Source: a virus. From it: 5,876 nucleotides of DNA. Shown here in pieces: positions 1 to 4,481 of the stretch. A program made the translations under genes and the position numbers. How positions within the stretch are numbered: the first letter of the stretch is position 1; each line of letters opens with the position of its first letter. The notes beneath the pieces were generated by a model that saw only the letters and a list, made by a program, of their open reading frames with translations, was not told where the DNA came from and made no database searches. The stretch covers positions 1 through 5,876 of IMG/VR virus record IMGVR_UViG_3300020041_000063. One strand, written 5' to 3'.

Positions 1-46
1 GAAGCAACTGACCGCCAAATGTAGAAGCAGCAACAGGAATAGACAT
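1..46 (-). CDS. VP2: Duplicate copy of the 5' end of VP2 (first 15 codons plus one base), created by the terminal redundancy; not an independent gene
   Basis: Bases 1..46 are identical to 5756..5801. The ATG lies at 44..46 (cat on the plus strand). Confidence 0.8.
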   Translation of the reverse strand, partial: MSIPVAASTFGGQLL

Positions 47-121
47 AACTACGGACGTTTAAAATTACCTATTTGTTCATATGTAATCGTTGTTCTAGTG
101 GTATCTCCAGATTTGATAGAA
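1..121. repeat. Terminal direct repeat, copy A (identical to 5756..5876); circular-contig overlap
   Basis: Base-by-base comparison shows 1..121 equals 5756..5876 with no mismatch. The repeat is bounded exactly by the window ends. Confidence 0.97.
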
Positions 122-246
122 GAAGCCGACTGGACAACGTAATGTCTCGCCGTACACGATTCGAGAAAAAAAGCCGCAAGGGCAGCCACGATTGCTGCAA
201 CCAGTGACCAAAACTTTTTGGATTTGAGAATTTCATTAAGTTTCAT
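49..246 (-). CDS. 65-aa small membrane-anchored or lipoprotein-like protein, function unknown (candidate lysis or exclusion factor)
   Basis: ATG start at 244..246 and TAG stop at 49..51, only 2 nt before the VP2 ATG (TAGTTATG on the coding strand). The N-terminus is basic (K2, K8, K10, K11). A hydrophobic run FWSLVAAIVAALAAFFL (aa 12-28) follows, then E-S-C31, which resembles a signal peptidase II lipobox. It is on the same strand as all other genes and is a free-standing gene, not embedded in another. Confidence 0.7.
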   Translation of the reverse strand: MKLNEILKSKKFWSLVAAIVAALAAFFLESCTARHYVVQSASSIKSGDTTRTTITYEQIGNFKRP

Positions 247-277
247 AATTAGTCAAACAAAGAACGATAGAAAAATA

Positions 278-347
278 CGCGGCCTCTCCGGCAGTCGTTA
301 CCATTAAACCTTCAGCAATTCACACACTCTTGCCGAAGGGGTCCGCG
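278..347 (-). promoter_or_regulatory. Structured intergenic element: an outer 7-bp GC stem with one bulge enclosing a 10-bp hairpin, followed by a T-run on the coding strand (candidate terminator and/or complementary-strand origin)
   Basis: The outer stem pairs 278..284 (cgcggcc) with 340..347 (ggtccgcg, T342 bulged). The inner hairpin pairs 309..318 (ccttcagcaa) with 330..339 (ttgccgaagg), with an 11-nt loop at 319..329. The single non-Watson-Crick position (314/334) is A-C on the plus strand but G-T (G-U) on the coding strand. On the coding strand the structure is followed by TATTTTT (277..271). Confidence 0.4.
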
Positions 348-379
348 CACGTAGCATATATCGTCAAGTAAAGAAAGAA

Positions 380-685
380 CTATTTTTCTTCAGTGACGCG
401 AATAGGTGGCTCAGAACCAGAACCTTTGGGGGTATCAAGAGCAGAGTCAATGAGTTCCTGACCAACCTCAAGACCGTCAAACTTATCCATACGAGAAAAG
501 CTATTAGGGTCGAAATCAAGGTCAGGGTCAAACTTATCACCTTTATCCCAATCAGACTGAGTAGCCTCTATATCAGGACGACCGGGAAGAAGATCGACTG
601 AACCGGAACCATCAAGAACCGACATAATACGTTGACCACGCGAAATATACTGCGGGGGGTCTTCAAGAAGCCAATTAAGTGCCAT
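380..685 (-). CDS. 101-aa strongly acidic protein; possible internal scaffolding protein analogue (VP3-like by position and composition only)
   Basis: ATG at 683..685, 12 nt downstream of the VP1 stop; TAG stop at 380..382. My count is 15 Asp plus 7 Glu against 10 Arg/Lys, a net charge of about -12. It contains D-rich repeats (DKFDPDLDFDP). It sits immediately after the capsid gene on the same strand. Confidence 0.7.
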   Translation of the reverse strand: MALNWLLEDPPQYISRGQRIMSVLDGSGSVDLLPGRPDIEATQSDWDKGDKFDPDLDFDPNSFSRMDKFDGLEVGQELIDSALDTPKGSGSEPPIRVTEEK

Positions 686-697
686 AATATCAACAAA

Positions 698-2512
698 TTA
701 ACGGTTAGACAAACGAGTTGCAAAAGTTTTATTAACGAGACTCTTCTTACGAACAGAATAAGACATATTCACAAAAAAATTGTCCTCGACATTCGACGCA
801 AAAGACGAGTTAACCTTGGAAATGTCAACAAAAAGTGCAGGATAGTATCCAACATTAGAAGCATAGACCTCACGTTGCTGAACCCAATAAGAGTAAAGCG
901 GAACTACGTTACCTCCGACTTGATTAAGCGAAGAATACACACTCAACTGGCCTAAAACCTCATCGTAAGAACTGCGAAATTCGTTAAAACACGGTTCACG
1001 AGCAACTACAGTATTACCGATACCGGCAAATTGAGCAGCCGAAACGTCTTGATAACCAATGTCGTTATAAATCGGATTGAAATAATCAGAACCAGTGTAA
1101 CTAAGATAATCGGGACGAACGCCAGCCCAATAATAAACCGGACGAATACTCAGCATATCGATCATATAACCAGGCTCAAAAAAATAATACGACTGAAAAC
1201 GACCAAGCTGAGTATTAAATGCGATAGCGCCACCCTGCTGACCAAGAGGAGGAAAACCTTCGGCGGTTTGAAAATTGCCGTTACCGGCTTGATTCATAAC
1301 AACCTGAACATTAACAGTCTGCGAGGCACTAAACAAGAGTTTAGGACGATCGACGTGTTCGATCTTAGACGCAAAGAATGTTTCGAGCCAATCCGAATAG
1401 CGATTACCACCAGCACCAAGAAGGTCTTTATACTCCTGCAAACGCGAAGCAATAGCCAACTGCGGAATAGTGGAAACACCAGTCATAGAGACGGCATCTG
1501 AAGAGCCGTTGGGAATCAAACGGCTAAACCGATCAGGATTAGAAGGCACCACAGCCATGGGGTGGGCAAGATTAAATAAATCAGCAGTACAAATGGTGTT
1601 AGTTCCGGCCTCAACAGAAAACTGACCTGCAGGAGCAGACGCCGAATCGCCTACGGTAGTTGCGGTCGGGTAAGTCATCGTCACAGGATAACCATTAGAA
1701 GCTACAGAACCGGTCGTAGCAATATCCGAAAATATAATCTGACGCCAAAGATTTCCCCGATTATAAGTATCATTAGAGGTAGGCACTGACGACGGATAGA
1801 ACTGACTCTCAAAGTAGGCATCCAAGAACTCGAGATTACCATAGCGCTGATTAAAATAGCGAGCAGAAGAAGTATAAGTAAACCCAGACAAAGAACCAGC
1901 GGTATTGGAAGCAGTCGGCAAACCGGAACCAAATACATACCACGAAGAGGGCCAAGCAAAAGAATAAAGACGCCATTGCGAATACGAATAATAATTCCGA
2001 ACTATATCCCAATAAGCAAGGTAAGAGTCCGCATTAGCCCAGTTAGAAACAGGAGCATTCGCCGGCAAAGCAGTTAATCCGTAATCAGAAACAGAGACAA
2101 TTTGCGGAATGTCGTGCTGATTAGAACGAAGCCAAAACAGCAAAGAATTAGAATAGCTTCCACCCGAAGAAGGCCAGGCAGAATTAGAAACACGCCGAAG
2201 AGTAACATACCAATTCAACGACACATTATTCATATCAAAATTGCTACTATTCGTCCTCATTTCCGGATGGTAAAGTTGCATAGGCACCCAGAAACGATGA
2301 AGCCGTACCGTATAAGGGTTAAACGACGGCACAGCAAGAGGATTCGATCGAACATCAATGCCCTGGGCAATAGACACGCGATCACGAGCATTGATGAAAT
2401 CAATACGAACAGGATACAAAATACCGGGAGTACAAGTGAACGCCTTAGACTCCGGAACATCATACCGCGAATAACCGTTCACAGTATGAGAAATAAAACT
2501 CTGTTTTGCCAT
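698..2512 (-). CDS. VP1: Major capsid protein VP1 (phiX174 F-protein family)
   Basis: 604-aa ORF, the longest in the genome, with an ATG at 2510..2512 located 10 nt after the VP4 stop. The N-terminal segment YSRYDVPESKAFTCTPGILYPVRIDFINARDRV follows the pattern I recall for Microviridae VP1 N-termini (F/Y-D ... K ... G-x-L-x-P-I/V-x-V/I-D). The Ser/Asn/Tyr/Trp-rich composition is typical of the jelly-roll capsid with large insertion loops. Confidence 0.93.
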   Translation of the reverse strand: MAKQSFISHTVNGYSRYDVPESKAFTCTPGILYPVRIDFINARDRVSIAQGIDVRSNPLAVPSFNPYTVRLHRFWVPMQLYHPEMRTNSSNFDMNNVSLNWYVTLRRVSNSAWPSSGGSYSNSLLFWLRSNQHDIPQIVSVSDYGLTALPANAPVSNWANADSYLAYWDIVRNYYSYSQWRLYSFAWPSSWYVFGSGLPTASNTAGSLSGFTYTSSARYFNQRYGNLEFLDAYFESQFYPSSVPTSNDTYNRGNLWRQIIFSDIATTGSVASNGYPVTMTYPTATTVGDSASAPAGQFSVEAGTNTICTADLFNLAHPMAVVPSNPDRFSRLIPNGSSDAVSMTGVSTIPQLAIASRLQEYKDLLGAGGNRYSDWLETFFASKIEHVDRPKLLFSASQTVNVQVVMNQAGNGNFQTAEGFPPLGQQGGAIAFNTQLGRFQSYYFFEPGYMIDMLSIRPVYYWAGVRPDYLSYTGSDYFNPIYNDIGYQDVSAAQFAGIGNTVVAREPCFNEFRSSYDEVLGQLSVYSSLNQVGGNVVPLYSYWVQQREVYASNVGYYPALFVDISKVNSSFASNVEDNFFVNMSYSVRKKSLVNKTFATRLSNR

Positions 2513-2522
2513 ATAAGAAAAA

Positions 2523-3587
2523 TTAAGTTAATGAAAGGCCATAAAAGTCATACCAGGACTCAATAATATCACGATCGAGCCAAGTAGGAGGGTCAATAAC
2601 AGGAATAAGACCAGCAGAAGCGAATTCACGAAACTTTTTCATTTCCCATGAATACGTTTCTCGAGAGGATAAGGCGGAAGAGGGTAGAAATTTTTCAACA
2701 CACAGATCAACGACACGGCGAACCAGAGCAGACCTGCTAAAACGTGAATAAGCGTCTGCAGAGCTAATCGCGCGAATATATTGGTCATTCTGTTGAAGAT
2801 ACCTATTATAATATCGAGGAATCGAGTAATTGTAATTGACACCAGTCTTAAAGTCCAGATAAGACCAAGACGAAACAGAAGCAGAAGGGGCAGGGCGATT
2901 GCCAAGATAATCACCAACGCCAGCAGATACGAATTTTCTCGTATAACGTCGATGCTCGAGGACTCGAGCCAAAGGTGTAAGTTTTCCATCTATAAAGAGA
3001 TTTTGATCGGAGATTTGCGCAGGGTCAAATTTAATTTGCTTAGTAACATATTTGACGACATATCTCGCACGCTTATGCGTGCCTTTCGCAAGCCATACAA
3101 ATCCAAGGTCACCAACAGCGGACCTAATTTCATTGTACAAGACATTGGTTCCAAAGAGGAAACCGTGAAAGTGAAGGCGTGGATATTGGCCCGTCTCGGG
3201 ATGGGTGCCAAACTCCTGGAAAAACGCATGCTTAAAGGAGTGGCCGATTTTATGTCGAACACGCTCATTCCATCGGCGGATAAAGCAAGCCGGATTACGC
3301 AATGATTCTTCATAATATTTAGGAGAAATAGTTATGGTAATAAAAATCGCCTGTTGATTCTCAACCTTACAGCGGGCAAGTTCGCGTTCAAGACGAACAA
3401 ACCAATCGTTACGAAGTCTACGAAGACAATCCTCACACTTACCACAAGGAACCATTAACCATTGGCGAGATATATCCCAAGGTGCAAGAGCAAGAGAACT
3501 CTTAGCATAATCAGAAATCTCCCGAAAAGGAACATCTTTCCGGGAATAACGTCGATTCCGTATCCATATAGGATGAGAGCAAGGCAT
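2523..3587 (-). CDS. VP4: Replication initiation protein VP4 (HUH rolling-circle endonuclease, phiX174 A-protein family)
   Basis: 354 aa. Motif I is FITITI (aa 82-87, 3327..3344). Motif II is the HUH motif LHFHGFLF (H139 and H141 at 3165..3173). Motif III is YVVKYVTK (aa 176-183, 3039..3062), with two Tyr spaced as in superfamily-I Reps. An N-terminal Cys cluster, CGKCEDC (aa 48-54), is typical of microvirus VP4. Confidence 0.93.
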   Translation of the reverse strand: MPCSHPIWIRNRRYSRKDVPFREISDYAKSSLALAPWDISRQWLMVPCGKCEDCLRRLRNDWFVRLERELARCKVENQQAIFITITISPKYYEESLRNPACFIRRWNERVRHKIGHSFKHAFFQEFGTHPETGQYPRLHFHGFLFGTNVLYNEIRSAVGDLGFVWLAKGTHKRARYVVKYVTKQIKFDPAQISDQNLFIDGKLTPLARVLEHRRYTRKFVSAGVGDYLGNRPAPSASVSSWSYLDFKTGVNYNYSIPRYYNRYLQQNDQYIRAISSADAYSRFSRSALVRRVVDLCVEKFLPSSALSSRETYSWEMKKFREFASAGLIPVIDPPTWLDRDIIESWYDFYGLSLT

Positions 3588-3802
3588 TAAAAAAGAGATT
3601 GAAGTAAATCCATTTTAAGATGAGGATAAGATACAGAAATAGACTGTAAATAACGACACGCAGCGTCAAAGTCGGCGAACCAGGCAAACGTAAAGCGACG
3701 CCGACCACGATAATAACCAACCGACCATCGAAGGGGTTGACCTTCGATGACCGGACAGCTACGAGGATGATCAGAAAAACCCATACTACAAAACATTACC
3801 AA
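3587..3802 (-). CDS. Hypothetical 71-aa Arg-rich protein (69 aa if started at the ATG at 3794..3796), translationally coupled to VP4
   Basis: The track start at 3800..3802 is TTG. An in-frame ATG lies two codons later at 3794..3796 and is the likelier start. The TAA stop (3587..3589) shares one base with the VP4 ATG (3585..3587), giving TAATG on the coding strand. It contains the basic cluster YYRGRRRF. Confidence 0.55.
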   Translation of the reverse strand: MVMFCSMGFSDHPRSCPVIEGQPLRWSVGYYRGRRRFTFAWFADFDAACRYLQSISVSYPHLKMDLLQSLF

Positions 3803-3837
3803 GGACAGGGCGACGGACTACGCGAGTACCATTCCCC

Positions 3838-4131
3838 TTACTCTTTTTCTTTTTCCGTGACATAACCTTCAGGTAAAGTAAATACAACAAAATTAGGATA
3901 AAGTTCAAAGGAAGCACCAGCACTTAGAACGACCTTCGCAAAAGCAGCCACACAATCAGCCTTGATATAAGACCGCGAACTCAAAAGGTCCGAAAAACAA
4001 ACAAAGTCAAGAACTTCGGCGGGGAGAATGTCGACATCGGCAGACACGAAATGACCGTCGATGATTGAACCAAAAGCAAAATCAAAAACTTTTACTTCGG
4101 GAGCGATACGGCGAATTGCAATCTGATACAT
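3838..4131 (-). CDS. Hypothetical 97-aa acidic protein, function unknown
   Basis: ATG at 4129..4131, 13 nt after the stop of the upstream 86-aa ORF; TAA stop at 3838..3840. It is on the same strand as the rest of the genome. No motif I can recognise. Confidence 0.65.
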   Translation of the reverse strand: MYQIAIRRIAPEVKVFDFAFGSIIDGHFVSADVDILPAEVLDFVCFSDLLSSRSYIKADCVAAFAKVVLSAGASFELYPNFVVFTLPEGYVTEKEKE

Positions 4132-4144
4132 AAGAATATTTAAA

Positions 4145-4405
4145 TTAAAAGTTTAAGAGATTCAAAATAAGCTTCCATTTATCGTTGAGGATGTCCCAGT
4201 ATTTTCCTCCTTCGGGAGTCGATGACCAATGAAAGGCGTAAAGAAGATAGCAATCGGGAGAACAATTCTCAAACGATACGCAATAAGGAAAACGCCGATG
4301 TTCAGAAAAATTACGCATAAAAGAACCATAGGCGCCATTCTGCTTCAAAAAAGTGCAAAAAAACGAAAAAGTCGAAGTGTTGGGGAATTTGGGTGAATTT
4401 TTCAT
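4145..4405 (-). CDS. Hypothetical 86-aa Cys/His/Trp-containing protein, first gene downstream of the promoter candidate
   Basis: ATG at 4403..4405 and TAA stop at 4145..4147. Cys/His positions are C17, H36, C42-x5-C48-x3-C52 and H59. It has the aromatic motif FHWSSTPEGGKYW...W. It lies about 30 nt downstream of the TAnnTTTG motif. Confidence 0.65.
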   Translation of the reverse strand: MKNSPKFPNTSTFSFFCTFLKQNGAYGSFMRNFSEHRRFPYCVSFENCSPDCYLLYAFHWSSTPEGGKYWDILNDKWKLILNLLNF

Positions 4406-4434
4406 AATGAATAAAGTTTAATGGTTTAACAATA

Positions 4435-4465
4435 CAAATATAAACAAAAAAAATGAACTTCCAAA
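4435..4465 (-). promoter_or_regulatory. Bacteroidetes-type promoter candidate: -33 TTTG and -7 TAnnTTTG separated by 19 nt
   Basis: The coding strand reads TTTG (plus-strand caaa, 4462..4465), then 19 nt, then TATATTTG (plus-strand caaatata, 4435..4442). It sits in the T-rich 76-nt non-coding gap between the VP2 stop (4482) and the ORF86 ATG (4405). This matches the Bacteroides primary-sigma consensus TTTG / TAnnTTTG as I recall it. Confidence 0.5.
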
Positions 4466-4481
4466 AAAAAATGAAAAAAAA

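Noticed and set aside
16-23. Second TAnnTTTG match on the coding strand (plus-strand caaatgta; also at 5771..5778) inside the VP2 N-terminal coding region
   Set aside because: It lies inside a gene, I did not see a properly spaced -33 TTTG, and no downstream ORF needs it. One or two chance matches to a 6-nt specified motif are expected in a genome of this size and T-richness.
1-121. Terminal repeat interpreted as a biological direct terminal repeat or LTR of a linear element
   Set aside because: Two ORFs continue seamlessly through the junction, Microviridae genomes are covalently closed circles, and the repeat is cut exactly by the window ends. This is the signature of a circular contig overlap.
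304-357. 17-codon mini-ORF (MLRARTPSARVCELLKV) in the 133-nt intergenic region, considered as a J/ORF8-like basic DNA-binding peptide
   Set aside because: It is shorter than any known microvirus DNA-binding peptide and is threaded through the stem-loop structure. It has no distinguishing start context. It is most simply a chance ORF in a structured non-coding region.
433-439. CTTGATA on the coding strand inside the 101-aa ORF, matching the nick-site core of the phiX174 origin
   Set aside because: It is a 7-nt match with no extended similarity to the 30-nt phiX origin and is expected by chance.
2954-2969. Palindrome gctcgaggactcgagc (two XhoI-like ctcgag sites 2 nt apart) in VP4, and a similar tctcgaga at 2659..2666
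   Set aside because: These are short, lie within coding sequence and occur at chance-level frequency. No flanking features suggest a cis-acting role.
3067-3082. Perfect 6-bp GC-rich hairpin with a 4-nt loop (gcacgc ttat gcgtgc) inside VP4 just upstream of catalytic motif III, considered as a rep-internal origin like phiX174 ori inside gene A
   Set aside because: About one perfect 6-bp stem with a fixed loop size is expected by chance in 5.7 kb. The loop is too small for a typical HUH nick-site loop. The sequence is fully explained by coding for GTHKRAR.
1294-3313. Minus-strand alternative-frame ORFs embedded in VP1 and VP4 (1294..1479, 1702..1959, 2257..2463, 2639..2989, 2990..3313), some very hydrophobic and reminiscent of phiX174 E-type overprinted lysis genes
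   Set aside because: The hydrophobicity is what a T-rich coding strand gives in shifted frames (Leu/Phe/Val/Ile codons). The most TM-like one (1702..1959) starts with TTG, not ATG. I see no upstream signal or any independent support. They would only become interesting if the frame is conserved in relatives.
3511-3720. 69-aa hydrophobic ORF overlapping the VP4 start and ORF71
   Set aside because: It has a TTG start, overlaps two better-supported frames, and has a T-rich shifted-frame composition. The TAATG junction favours the 3587..3802 frame. The frame question is kept as a caveat in the ORF71 finding.
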